Shown here: positions 9,754-19,627 of the stretch, piece after piece
Numbering within the stretch: the stretch's first letter is position 1
How the letters are laid out: each line of letters begins with the position of its first letter
The notes under the pieces: model-generated
The model's database searches: none
What the model was told of the DNA's origin: nothing
The model's input: the letters and a program-made list of their open reading frames with translations, nothing else
Made by a program: the position numbers and the translations under genes
DNA from: Bacillota bacterium
GTDB lineage: Bacteria > Patescibacteriota > Minisyncoccia > Phycocordibacterales > Phycocordibacteraceae
Assembly: GCA_050260455.1 (NCBI GenBank)
Contig: JBLNCF010000010.1
Span: forward strand, 37,653 to 101,652
Length of the DNA stretch: 64,000 bases
Reading direction: 5' to 3'

Positions 9754-11016
9754 ATGCACTTTTACCCCCGCCACCTTCTCGTTATTGCAGAGCTCGCTGT
9801 TATCTTCGCCTGCGCAAGCATGCTCTTTAACGTAGCGCCGCATACCGCGCACGCTGCCACGACCGCACCTTCCACGACGGTCTTCACCAAGAAACCGTTC
9901 GAGGTGTCTGGCTGGATTCCGTACTGGCGCACCGCAACCGGTACCGCCGATGTACTTCCGCACCTCTCGCAGATGACGGAGGTGAATCCCTTCGGCTACA
10001 CCGTGAAGCAGGACGGCTCACTCTATGACGCAGCAGGTTTTGCGAAAGGAGACTGGGCAACTATTCAGGCTGCTGCAAAGGCCAAGAAGGTTCGTTTCAT
10101 CCCCACCGTGATGTGGAGCGATACCGCCTCCATCCACAATGTGCTCTCGAATCCCAAGCTTCGTTCGCAGCATGTGCAAGCGATCGTGGACATGGTGAAT
10201 CAGAATGGATTTGATGGTGTCGACATCGACTATGAAGGCAAGCTCGCAGATGATCGCGACAACTATTCTGCCTTCCTGAAAGAGCTCTACAAGAAGATCG
10301 GCAATAAATGGGTGATGTGCACCATCGAGGCACGCACACCGCCCGATTCGCTCTACAAGGCCATTCCGGCTGACCTTGAGTATGCGAACGACTACAAGGC
10401 TATCAACAAGTATTGTGATCGGGTGAAGCTCATGACGTACGACCAGGAGTCGGCCGACTTGAAGCTGAACGATGCCTCCAAAGGTCTCTACACACCTATT
10501 GCAGATCCCGCATGGGTGACCAAGGTGGTAAACCTCACCGCTAAGGACATTACCAAATCGAAGATTGAAATCGGTGTTGCTACCTACGGCTATATCTACC
10601 AAGTCATGCCGTATGCAGATGGTAGTGGCTACCGCTATGATCTTCTCGAGGCGTTCAATCCGACGTACGCCACCGATCTGGCTAAGTCGCTTGGGATCAC
10701 ACCGTCTCGTAATGCAGCCGGGGAACTCTCGTTCAGCTATGTGCCGACCACGCTTTCAAAGGCGGGGCTTCCGAGCCAGTCCAAGCTCGCCTCCTATGCG
10801 CCTGCAGGAACCCCTTCGAGCCTCCTCGCGGCCGTAGGATCGCTCCAGGTGGCAAAGGCGGAGTCCAAGCAGTCGCCCTTCTATCTCCTCTGGTGGAGCG
10901 ACAGCAAGGCCATTGCGGACAAGGTCGCCCTTGCGAAGAAGCTCGGTGTTCGCGGTGTCGCCGTCTTCAAGATGGATGGGGGAGAGGACCAGGCCATGTG
11001 GTCGGTTCTTAGATAA
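9754..11016 (+). CDS. Secreted GH18 glycoside hydrolase
   Basis: FDGVDIDYE catalytic DxxDxDxE, LMTYD, signal peptide. Confidence 0.88.
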   Translation: MHFYPRHLLVIAELAVIFACASMLFNVAPHTAHAATTAPSTTVFTKKPFEVSGWIPYWRTATGTADVLPHLSQMTEVNPFGYTVKQDGSLYDAAGFAKGDWATIQAAAKAKKVRFIPTVMWSDTASIHNVLSNPKLRSQHVQAIVDMVNQNGFDGVDIDYEGKLADDRDNYSAFLKELYKKIGNKWVMCTIEARTPPDSLYKAIPADLEYANDYKAINKYCDRVKLMTYDQESADLKLNDASKGLYTPIADPAWVTKVVNLTAKDITKSKIEIGVATYGYIYQVMPYADGSGYRYDLLEAFNPTYATDLAKSLGITPSRNAAGELSFSYVPTTLSKAGLPSQSKLASYAPAGTPSSLLAAVGSLQVAKAESKQSPFYLLWWSDSKAIADKVALAKKLGVRGVAVFKMDGGEDQAMWSVLR

Positions 11017-11054
11017 GACTTTCGGAAGCGGGATTCGTCTGGTATAGGAAAGTT

Positions 11055-11915
11055 ATGAAGCGTACATGGCTCACTCGAGCCGGCCTCATCGTCGGCGGCA
11101 TATTCGCACTCGTCGGCATCGCCTTCACGGCGGTGTTCGTCGGCATGCAGTTTGGAGCCTTCAACGTGCGTGGTTCTATTGCCGAGCGCAACGCATTCTT
11201 TACGGGCGGCAAGAAAGTCGATGCTGTAGTCACGCCCACGCAACCGTGTGTCGATGTCTCTAAGACAACTTGTAATTGGAATGAGACTCCCGAATGGAAA
11301 GTAGTTGAAGGCGGTCTCACAAAGGATGCCCCTGTTATCGAGCGTGTGGCAGGGGAGACGGGGGTATCGGCTCGCATGATCGCAGCAGTGGTCGTTCCCG
11401 AGCAGATACGATTCTTCACGGCCGAGCGCGAGGTCTTCAAGAGGTACTTCGAGCCGCTGAAGATTCTTGGATCACTCTCACAATTCTCCCTCGGTGTTTC
11501 GGGCATCAAACAGGACACCGCGGTTCAAATTGAACAGTACGCGAATGATCCGACTTCGCCATTCTATCCAGGTGATGGCTATGCGGCTCTCATCGCATAC
11601 GCACCCGGAGTAGATCACGACAAAGAGCTCTACAATCGTCTTACCGACTCCAAGAATCATTACTATTCCTATCTCTATACGGCACTTGCCATAAAGGAGG
11701 TTGAGGCACAGTGGGAGCACGCTGGTTTCCCCATAGACGACAAGCCAGAAGTCGTAGCGACACTCTTCAATATTGGCTTTGAGGCCTCAAGTCCGAAGGC
11801 GAATCCACAGACTGCAGGTGCGTCCATCTCGACCGGAGGAACGGGATATCCGTTCGGACAACTCGGTGCTGATTTCTATAACTCTTCCGAGCTCCGCGAC
11901 ATTCTCCCCTTATAA
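11055..11915 (+). CDS. Membrane-anchored protein, possible lysozyme/SLT-like fold
   Basis: N-terminal TM helix; IAAVVVPEQ...SLGVSGIK resembles transglycosylase motifs. Confidence 0.5.
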   Translation: MKRTWLTRAGLIVGGIFALVGIAFTAVFVGMQFGAFNVRGSIAERNAFFTGGKKVDAVVTPTQPCVDVSKTTCNWNETPEWKVVEGGLTKDAPVIERVAGETGVSARMIAAVVVPEQIRFFTAEREVFKRYFEPLKILGSLSQFSLGVSGIKQDTAVQIEQYANDPTSPFYPGDGYAALIAYAPGVDHDKELYNRLTDSKNHYYSYLYTALAIKEVEAQWEHAGFPIDDKPEVVATLFNIGFEASSPKANPQTAGASISTGGTGYPFGQLGADFYNSSELRDILPL

Positions 11916-11965
11916 AACAGAAAACCGCCCAACGGACGATTCTCCGTTATGCGGTTGAGAAAAGA

Positions 11966-12394
11966 TCAGTGGAAAAGCACCGAGGCGACTCCGTGAGGAG
12001 TGGTGACCAGCCCAGTCCACACTTCGCCGTCCATGATCATCGTGCCCGGCTTCACGAAATCGTTTTCGTCCAGCAGCTGACTTGTCCGACCCCCCAGCGG
12101 GATGTGGTACGGAAGCGTGCGAACGAATATCACCTCCGAACGACAGAGCTTGTGCCGACGGAGATAACTGACGTTTTCGTTCTCCTCATACTGGGCAAAG
12201 ACGGCACCGCAGTCACTGTGCATGCATGCTGCAACCGTGCGGTGTTCCTCGGAATTGTACCCAGGTACCTCACACACCAGCTTACGGTCCTTGACCGAGA
12301 CTCCTTCCCGAAAGCACTTCAGGCAATGTTTGGGTAGCGAACTGATGAACGCATCACGCGTCCATTTGACTTCATTCGGGTTGTCAAACGGCAT
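11966..12394 (-). CDS. Orphan Cys-containing protein (SD-led cassette)
   Basis: SD AAAGGAGGGTC; TTGGAG-17-TAGCGT; CxxC motif; hairpin near 11921-11957. Confidence 0.65.
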   Translation of the reverse strand: MPFDNPNEVKWTRDAFISSLPKHCLKCFREGVSVKDRKLVCEVPGYNSEEHRTVAACMHSDCGAVFAQYEENENVSYLRRHKLCRSEVIFVRTLPYHIPLGGRTSQLLDENDFVKPGTMIMDGEVWTGLVTTPHGVASVLFH

Positions 12395-12514
12395 GATTGT
12401 TGACCCTCCTTTCCTAAAGAAACGCTATCACGCCCCGTTGAATCCTCCAATTTCGTGCCTTCATCCCAGGACCACGGAGACCGGATATACTTAGCTACAT
12501 AGTAATGTAGCCAC

Positions 12515-12940
12515 ATGGGTATGAATCCAGTCGTGCATTTCGAGATGGGATACTTTGATCGCGACCGTATGAAGAAGTTCTATGAGTCTGCGTTCGGATG
12601 GAATATGCAGCAGATGGGGGAAGACATGGGCAACTATGTGGTCGCCCAGACTGCAGAGACCGATGAGAAAGGCATGATACAAAGGCCGGGCGCGATAAAT
12701 GGCGGGTTCTATCAAAAGACGGATGATCCGTCCTCGTTCCCGCCCTCGATCGTCATTTCAGTGAAGGACATCAAGGCAGCTATGCAAGCTGTTGAAGCGG
12801 GTGGTGGCAAGATTCTGGGCGGCATGACACCGGACGGTGGTCACACTATGGAGCCGACCATGATACCGGGGGTCGGTCTCTGGATCTCGTTTGAGGACAC
12901 GGAAAAGAACCGCGTCAGCCTTCTGCAGCCAGTGAGTTAA
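12515..12940 (+). CDS. VOC/glyoxalase family protein
   Basis: PVVHFEM, FYESAFGW, INGG, FEDTEKNRVSL. Confidence 0.9.
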   Translation: MGMNPVVHFEMGYFDRDRMKKFYESAFGWNMQQMGEDMGNYVVAQTAETDEKGMIQRPGAINGGFYQKTDDPSSFPPSIVISVKDIKAAMQAVEAGGGKILGGMTPDGGHTMEPTMIPGVGLWISFEDTEKNRVSLLQPVS

Positions 12941-12999
12941 AAGAAAACCGCCCGACCAAAGAGAGCCGGGGGCTTTCTCTGTGTCAGGCGGAGCTGGAA

Positions 13000-13215
13000 T
13001 CAGTCAGCGCCGGTCCATCTGGCCCCTTTAGCGGGGGTTCCGCGTAGAGGGCATTCGATCGACCAGGGAGGCGAGAAGCAAATCTCGCCTCCAAGATTCT
13101 TGCAGGGATGGACGACCTCGCAGTGCGGGCAATCGGCTTCATAGTAGGAAGGTTCGTCGTCATCCCCCACAGGAGACTCCACTTCCTCCGGTTCAGCCAC
13201 AGCGAGCGCGGACAT
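13000..13215 (-). CDS. Small acidic Cys-rich orphan
   Basis: GAGGA upstream; CPHC...C; hairpin near 12944-12978. Confidence 0.45.
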   Translation of the reverse strand: MSALAVAEPEEVESPVGDDDEPSYYEADCPHCEVVHPCKNLGGEICFSPPWSIECPLRGTPAKGARWTGAD

Positions 13216-13295
13216 GGCACTAAAATCCTCTGTTCTTGTTATCCCATTCGCAATCTACAACTAAGAATGCGAGTTGGGAAGGGGAGAGGCCTCTG

Positions 13296-13544
13296 TTACG
13301 TGATCTGAATCGGGCTCTGAATACCACCCTCGGCTCCCGACACGTCTATCGGTCCGTATTTGCTCTCGTATTCCTTAATCTTATCCGGCAGTCCGTCTGC
13401 AAAAGCCTTCATGAGCTCGGGCGGCATAGCGAACGCTACGACACTTTCCCCGGACGCGAGCGCGATGAGGAAATGATGCTGATTGTAATTAATGGATACC
13501 GTGTCGCAGAGCGATTTCTGTAGGCGAGAAAAGTCGATGTTCAT
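13296..13544 (-). CDS. Small protein (DUF3467-like)
   Basis: MPPELMKAF...IKEYESKYGPI; TATACT 8 nt upstream. Confidence 0.6.
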   Translation of the reverse strand: MNIDFSRLQKSLCDTVSINYNQHHFLIALASGESVVAFAMPPELMKAFADGLPDKIKEYESKYGPIDVSGAEGGIQSPIQIT

Positions 13545-13664
13545 ATTCCTCGAGTATACCCTCCAGCACGCATGGAGGAGATGAAGCTTCTCCAGATGAG
13601 ACCCTTTACAATATACAGGCTTTGTGATATAGTGGATTCAGACGAGACCATAAGGAGCACAGCA

Positions 13665-14186
13665 ATGCGACGTCTCATGTTTGCTTTGGGTCTGCTCGCT
13701 TCGGCATGCAGCCCGGCCGTTCAAGAGCCTCGCAATGCGGGCTTCGAGCGGGTCACTGTTGACTATTCACACGAACTGTCGCAGTTTTATGACCCCACCG
13801 ACGGGTACCCGCAACCACTCCCCGCCATCGCCAAAGCTCTGAGAGGCTTCCGTCATCGGAAACCCCAGCAGCATTGGGTCGGTGTGGTGCCGGAATACGA
13901 GGCGAGCGATTACCTTTCTAAGGGTCATTTGCGTGAAGCTACGGCTCACGAAATGCTCGCAGCGGACGAACAGACCGATCTTCTCTACAACAAGAACTAC
14001 GTCTGCGCTCGGGGCACACCAGTCCCGAATGGTTTCTTCGACGCCGACTACAAGCCCGACGGAGTGCACTGGGACTACCCCCAGATCAGTCGTGGACCCC
14101 AGTATTTCGGCGAACACGTCGGAAGGGGACCTCGCTACGGGCGTGGCGACCGAAGCTGCCGGTGGGTAGTTCTGGTCGAGAGATAG
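13665..14186 (+). CDS. Predicted lipoprotein, orphan (SD-led cassette)
   Basis: MRRLMFALGLLASA-C lipobox; SD TAAGGAG; promoter TTTACA-17-TATAGT at 13605-13633. Confidence 0.7.
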   Translation: MRRLMFALGLLASACSPAVQEPRNAGFERVTVDYSHELSQFYDPTDGYPQPLPAIAKALRGFRHRKPQQHWVGVVPEYEASDYLSKGHLREATAHEMLAADEQTDLLYNKNYVCARGTPVPNGFFDADYKPDGVHWDYPQISRGPQYFGEHVGRGPRYGRGDRSCRWVVLVER

Positions 14187-14311
14187 AAAAGGAGATAAAA
14201 CGACCACACCAAGAAAGCCATGCCGGCACTAGGGTGTGGTTTTCTGTTTCCGTTCCAATCCTACCCAAGGCACATTGAGGTATAAGGCTGAATACGATAG
14301 GGTGAATATAC

Positions 14312-15796
14312 GTGCCGCAAAAACCCCAGAACACGCCTGCGCCCCAGCGCGACGTGATCGTGCGATTCGAGGAAGCCTCGTTCGAATACGGTCACAACTA
14401 TCCCATCTTGGACGAGGTGGATTTTTCGTTACGCCGAGGCATGAAAGTAACCCTTATGGGTCAGAATGGTGCCGGCAAGTCGACCATCTTTAAATTGATA
14501 GCTGGGCAGTTGTCTCTCGACCACGGCAAGATACAGATTCCGAATGGGGTGACCATCGCCATGTCTGCACAGGTGGTTCCTCCCGCACTCCGCGACCGCA
14601 CGGTGCGTGAGTTCTTCGAAGCAAGCTTTACCAAGAAGGTCTATGACATTGATCCGAAGATTGATGCGGTGCTTGAGGTGGTGAACCTCCACGCGCCAAA
14701 GGATCGTATCGTGAGCTCCTTCTCGGGCGGCCAGCAGGCCCGCCTCCTCCTTGCGAGCGCACTCATCCAGGACCCGGACCTGCTCCTGCTCGATGAGCCG
14801 ACCAACAACCTCGACACCGCGGGTATCGAACATCTCACTGACTTCCTGAAGTCGTACCAGAAGAGCTGCATGGTCATCTCGCATGATGCAGAGTTCCTTA
14901 ACTCGTTCACCGACGGCGTCCTGTACCTGGACGTACACACCCGAAAGATCGAACAGTATGTTGGTAACTACTACGACCTCCTTAAGGAGATTACGGCTCG
15001 TATTGAGCGCGAGAACCGCAAGAACGCGCAGCTCGCAAAGAAGATCCAGGACAATAAAGATAAGGCGAACTTCTTCGCGCAGAAGGGAGGCAAGATGCGT
15101 CTCGTCGCGAAGAAGATGCGCGAAGAGATCGAGGAGATGGAAGAAGAGAAAGTTGATGTGCGCAAAGAGGACAAGACCATCCGACCATTCACGATACCTG
15201 CCCAGCCCGAACTCATCGGCGAACTCCTTACCCTCACATCCGTTACCACCATCGACCCGAAGAAGCACACCCCGAAGACGAAGAAGATCGACATCGTTTT
15301 GAAGCGCCGTGACCACCTGCAGCTCACGGGACCAAATGGGATAGGGAAGACTACCCTGCTTGAATCCCTGGCGCGCGGTACGGCCGAGGGAGCTCGCATA
15401 GCCGATGGGGTTCGCGTCGGCTACTACCGCCAGGACTTCTCCACCCTTAACTTCGAGCACACCGTCTACGAGTCGCTCCTCTCGGCCATGGAGAAACCGG
15501 ATGAAGAACGCATGCGCGCGGTCGCTGCCGGCTTCCTCATTACACGTGAGCAGATTGGGAAGAAGATCGGTGTGCTCTCCGAAGGTCAGAAAGGTCTTGT
15601 AGCATTTGCTCGTCTCGTACTCGAGCGTCCCGGTCTCCTTATCCTCGACGAGCCAACCAACCATATCAACTTTCGTCACTTGCCGGTCATTGCGAAAGCT
15701 TTGGATGAATACGAAGGCGCGATGATTCTGGTGTCGCACGTGCCGGAGTTTGTGGGACAAATACGGATAGATAGAGTTCTTAATCTGGCAGTGTAG
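14312..15796 (+). CDS. ABC-F family ATPase
   Basis: Two NBDs (GQNGAGKS, FSGGQ, LDEPTN; GPNGIGKT, LSEGQ), no TM segments. Confidence 0.92.
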   Translation: MPQKPQNTPAPQRDVIVRFEEASFEYGHNYPILDEVDFSLRRGMKVTLMGQNGAGKSTIFKLIAGQLSLDHGKIQIPNGVTIAMSAQVVPPALRDRTVREFFEASFTKKVYDIDPKIDAVLEVVNLHAPKDRIVSSFSGGQQARLLLASALIQDPDLLLLDEPTNNLDTAGIEHLTDFLKSYQKSCMVISHDAEFLNSFTDGVLYLDVHTRKIEQYVGNYYDLLKEITARIERENRKNAQLAKKIQDNKDKANFFAQKGGKMRLVAKKMREEIEEMEEEKVDVRKEDKTIRPFTIPAQPELIGELLTLTSVTTIDPKKHTPKTKKIDIVLKRRDHLQLTGPNGIGKTTLLESLARGTAEGARIADGVRVGYYRQDFSTLNFEHTVYESLLSAMEKPDEERMRAVAAGFLITREQIGKKIGVLSEGQKGLVAFARLVLERPGLLILDEPTNHINFRHLPVIAKALDEYEGAMILVSHVPEFVGQIRIDRVLNLAV

Positions 15797-15810
15797 ATGC
15801 GTTATCTTTT

Positions 15811-16863
15811 ATGAAACGGAATAAGCGTTCACTAAGATTTCTCGCGGAAAGTTATCGACTGGATGCAGAGGAAAGTTTAATAGTCCTTTGGTATAACTCA
15901 GCGACTCGGTTCGAATATCTAAAGAATCCTGCGAGCATTATAAAGAATAAAGACTATCAGTTTGTCCGGAAACTCTTTGCTCAGAGAGCCATCAATATAA
16001 AAGCGGGCTTGAATGTTGAGGAAAAGATCAGACCTGTAACGGTCGTGGTTAGAGATCACGACTTTTCTCAAATAGGCAGAACTGCCGATTCCCATCACTA
16101 TTTAACTACTGACGAGATAATTAACATATACGAAGAGCTTGTTCGAGACTTTGCTCATAACGAAGACCCGATAAATCCGGCCGGTGTGAAGGATATGAAA
16201 GTTCTGGAATCTGCTGTCTTTCATCCGCAAACTTCATACAGAGGCATTCTCAAGTATCCCACCATTGAAACTGCTGCAGCTGCGCTGATGTATGCAGTAA
16301 CCCATAACCATCCCTTTTTTAATGGAAATAAGCGAACATCTATGGTGGCCATGCTGGTTTTTCTTGATCGTCACAATATCTCAGTTACGTGCAGTGAGGA
16401 TGATTTGTTCCGAATATCGATCGAATTAGCCAAACATAGATTAGTCTCACCGGAAAGGTTATATCCAGATTCAGAAATTGATGCGCTTGCTCATTGGTTA
16501 CATTCAAATTCAAAATACATTCAAAAAGGAGAGCGTCCAATATCGGTGCGTAAGTTTAAACAGATCCTGGCCCATTTCAATTGTGAAATCCTGCCAGATG
16601 GCAGAGTTCAGAGATCTATACCCACCAAAGATATCCTTGGTTTCTCGAGCGTAAAAATCCTCACCACGAGGCTCGCACGAATCGAGCCAGGAACTGAAGG
16701 TCGTCAAATGAATAGACTCTTGATCAAAAGTATCAGAGAAGAATTGAGGATGACGCACCAATATGGAATTGATAGTGAACAATTCTATGAAATGGCAAAC
16801 CCAACGGTCGCCGATTTTATTCACGAATATAAAAAAGTATTGGGTCGTCTGGCTAAGATCTAA
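15811..16863 (+). CDS. Fic/Doc family protein with C-terminal extension; AT-rich
   Basis: NHPFFNGNKRTS Doc motif; LESAVFHPQT. Confidence 0.85.
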   Translation: MKRNKRSLRFLAESYRLDAEESLIVLWYNSATRFEYLKNPASIIKNKDYQFVRKLFAQRAINIKAGLNVEEKIRPVTVVVRDHDFSQIGRTADSHHYLTTDEIINIYEELVRDFAHNEDPINPAGVKDMKVLESAVFHPQTSYRGILKYPTIETAAAALMYAVTHNHPFFNGNKRTSMVAMLVFLDRHNISVTCSEDDLFRISIELAKHRLVSPERLYPDSEIDALAHWLHSNSKYIQKGERPISVRKFKQILAHFNCEILPDGRVQRSIPTKDILGFSSVKILTTRLARIEPGTEGRQMNRLLIKSIREELRMTHQYGIDSEQFYEMANPTVADFIHEYKKVLGRLAKI

Positions 16864-17406
16864 CATAGCTATAAAATGGCCCACCGAAGCCATATCTCGG
16901 ATAGAAGAGCGGGGAAGTCCCCTGCTGAGATTCTTGTTTTTTGGAGAAGTGCTCCTCGCAGATTCCTCCACAGAGATTGAATCTAGGCCATAATTCATCT
17001 CGGATGGGGAGTGACGTGATGATAGATAAGAGAGTAATGAGTAGCTCTGTAGAGCCACGATAGAGAGCAGAGGGTGAGTAGTATAGACAGAATCAGAATA
17101 GCCAGCGTACGACCCAGCCCTCAGGCTTTAGTGCGTAAAAGGTATATTGTGCGCACTTTATATATTTCTAAAGCCAGACATTAAAGCTCATGAAACTTTG
17201 GGTGCTCTCTTCCCTGTTTGACCACCAGCTACTGTTGGTCGAGCTGCAGGTCCACGGAATGCAAGTATGGAGAAAATATGGAAAAGATTTTGCATAATTG
17301 ACCCCTTCCCCGAGAGGCGAGCGGGAGAGTGCAGGGGACCGGGGGGAGAAAAGAAATGAGATCCGTTTCCGGACCCCACTCCAACTCCCCTGCTCTTCCC
17401 TGCCCA

Positions 17407-18195
17407 CTAGCACTTAACGACCTTCTGTATATACTCGAACGCTTCGTCCACCGAATCAACAACATGGAAGAGATCCATGTCCTCCGGACTGATTGCCTCA
17501 TACGTATCGAGGAGCTGGGTCTTGAAGAACACTACGAGCGGGTCCCAGTAGTCTTTGCCGTAGAGCACGATGGGCACTTTGCGGATCTTCTTGGTCTGCA
17601 CAAGCGTAAGGATCTCGGTGAACTCATCGAGCGTGCCGAAACCACCCGGGAAATAGATGTAGACCTCGGACGCAAACGCGAGCATGACCTTACGCACGAA
17701 GAAGTGATCGAAGGTCACTGAGTCGGTGAGGTAACCGTTCAGACCTGGATTGTCCTCAAGGCGGATGTTGAGGCCGATGGATGCACCGCCCGCTTCATAG
17801 GCACCCTTATTGGCTGCCTGCATGACGCCATTATTGCCGCCCGTGAAGACGGCAAAGCCCGCCTTGGCGAGTTTGCCAGCGAGCACCGTCGCGTCATCGT
17901 AGAAACGATGCGGGAACGTTGCCCGAGCTGTCCCAAAGAATGTGGCGGCAAGGCCGTACTTACGAAGGACTTCAAAACCTTCGACGAACTCGCTCATGAT
18001 CTTGAACACGCGCCAGCTCTCTATCTGCTGTGGCTTGCAGACGAGTGGTTCGGGAGTATCAGGAACCTCCGTCTTCCCTGTTTGAATGGCACGCTCGAGT
18101 GTAGTGCCCATCTCTCGATGTTTCTCTCCCATCGGAGAGGTCGGCGGCACAGTGGTTGCAGGCGGAGCGTTCGTGATGATAGGTTCGTCAGCCAT
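17407..18195 (-). CDS. LOG family nucleotide phosphoribohydrolase
   Basis: TGGNNGVMQAAN, FFVRKVML, PGGFGTLDE. Confidence 0.92.
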   Translation of the reverse strand: MADEPIITNAPPATTVPPTSPMGEKHREMGTTLERAIQTGKTEVPDTPEPLVCKPQQIESWRVFKIMSEFVEGFEVLRKYGLAATFFGTARATFPHRFYDDATVLAGKLAKAGFAVFTGGNNGVMQAANKGAYEAGGASIGLNIRLEDNPGLNGYLTDSVTFDHFFVRKVMLAFASEVYIYFPGGFGTLDEFTEILTLVQTKKIRKVPIVLYGKDYWDPLVVFFKTQLLDTYEAISPEDMDLFHVVDSVDEAFEYIQKVVKC

Positions 18196-18197
18196 GA

Positions 18198-18800
18198 TTA
18201 GAAAGGAATCGGAAATGTACTAAATTCAGGAATGATATTCCGATTATACGCTATGCGTGCGATTACTTCTGCGTGACAAAGTGCACCCGTGAGTGCGTTA
18301 TGCGGCTTCGGTTCCTCAGGAATGCCGCAGTACCGGAGTGCTGCATCCAGATTGATTGCAGAGTGACGATTCTCATTCAGAGGAGGTTCAATTCCCCGTT
18401 CCGTCATATGGAGCCACACAAGCGTATGAGTATCAATGGTGCGTTTACCGAACGGACATTCGAAACCTGCTCTCTTGCAGGCTTCCTGCACGTACTCCAG
18501 ATCGAAGGAAACGTTCTGAGCGGCAAGGATGCGATTCTTGGGCCTATCTGTTGCCCAGGCAATAAATGCGCCAACGAGCTCAGCTTCAGATTTGCGTTCG
18601 GGACTTGTAATCTCTTCCCTACTGAATCCGTTTATGGCGAGTGCCTCATCGGTCACGTGCGCCCCGTCCCAGATTCGGCACTCGTCATAGAACTGATTGT
18701 TGGGTTCATCTGTGTCGATGGCCCCCAGAGAGAGAATGGAGCCCGTCACGGGATCGAGGCTCGTGGATTCAACGTCAATAGCAATCATAGGCCTGGGCAA
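18198..18800 (-). CDS. DEDD 3'-5' exonuclease
   Basis: IDVEST, QNVSFD, IDT, HNALTGA. Confidence 0.85.
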   Translation of the reverse strand: MPRPMIAIDVESTSLDPVTGSILSLGAIDTDEPNNQFYDECRIWDGAHVTDEALAINGFSREEITSPERKSEAELVGAFIAWATDRPKNRILAAQNVSFDLEYVQEACKRAGFECPFGKRTIDTHTLVWLHMTERGIEPPLNENRHSAINLDAALRYCGIPEEPKPHNALTGALCHAEVIARIAYNRNIIPEFSTFPIPF

Positions 18801-19222
18801 TTCGAGGCAGGAGTACGTCCAGAAGCTTCAGCATCCTCGACAGTCGCAAACCAGACGCGATTCTCGGGCTTAATGCGATTCGCACTACTACAAGACGGTA
18901 GGTAGTATTTGGTTCCATTTTTAGACGCCACATACTTCCCTGTCGTAGGGGTAACCGTAGTGCCAGCTGGAACAACAGGAATCTTGGGCGCCGTCGCTTC
19001 AGCGACCGCAGGGGCGCTCGCAACCGCAGCCGGGAGTGAGGCCGTGGTGGTAGCGTCCTCTATCCATATGCCTCGGTCCCCCTGCCCCGCCTCCCTACCC
19101 GCAAGTACCCCCAGACCAAACGAGGCTGTGGAAGCGAGCAGCACGACCAGAAGCACCAGAACGTCCTTAGGAATCCCAGAAAGGGCCTGGTTGCTTCGTT
19201 CTCGGAGTTCTGCTATAGTCAT
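18785..19222 (-). CDS. Membrane protein with Ada-type metal-binding-like domain
   Basis: YVASKNGTKYYLPSC...NRVWF...A..SGRTP..C; N-terminal TM helix. Confidence 0.75.
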   Translation of the reverse strand: MTIAELRERSNQALSGIPKDVLVLLVVLLASTASFGLGVLAGREAGQGDRGIWIEDATTTASLPAAVASAPAVAEATAPKIPVVPAGTTVTPTTGKYVASKNGTKYYLPSCSSANRIKPENRVWFATVEDAEASGRTPASNCPGL

Positions 19223-19243
19223 GAAGTCAATTAAGTATAGCGT

Positions 19244-19522
19244 ATGGCACATACAAAAGCCGGTGGTTCCGCGCGAAACCTAAACACTTCCAATCCGAAA
19301 TACCTCGGCGTTAAGCTCGCTGACGGCCAGGCTGCACGTCCAGGTATGGTCATCGTCCGCCAGCGCGGCACGAAGATCGAGGCTGGTAAGAACGTGAAGG
19401 TGGGTCGCGATCACACCCTCTACTCCATGGTCACGGGCAAGGTCGCCTTCCGCGACATGCGCAAGACTAACTTCGACGGCAAAGTCCGCCGCAAGAAGGT
19501 CGTGGACGTCGTCCCGGCATAA
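19244..19522 (+). CDS. rpmA: 50S ribosomal protein L27
   Basis: MAHTKAGGS...LGVK...IVRQRGTK. Confidence 0.97.
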   Translation: MAHTKAGGSARNLNTSNPKYLGVKLADGQAARPGMVIVRQRGTKIEAGKNVKVGRDHTLYSMVTGKVAFRDMRKTNFDGKVRRKKVVDVVPA

Positions 19523-19627
19523 CAACGAGCCGCCTTCGGGCGGCTTTCGTTTTATATTTTTCCTGGTATAATGCAGATAGCTCGGCGGTCATAGGGACCG
19601 CCGTTACCAGTTCTTCCGGGGGGAAAG

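Noticed and set aside
14429-15760. 443-aa antisense ORF
   Set aside because: Shadow of the ABC-F gene caused by codon bias
16510-17501. Several short overlapping ORFs after the Doc gene
   Set aside because: No start signals or recognisable protein features
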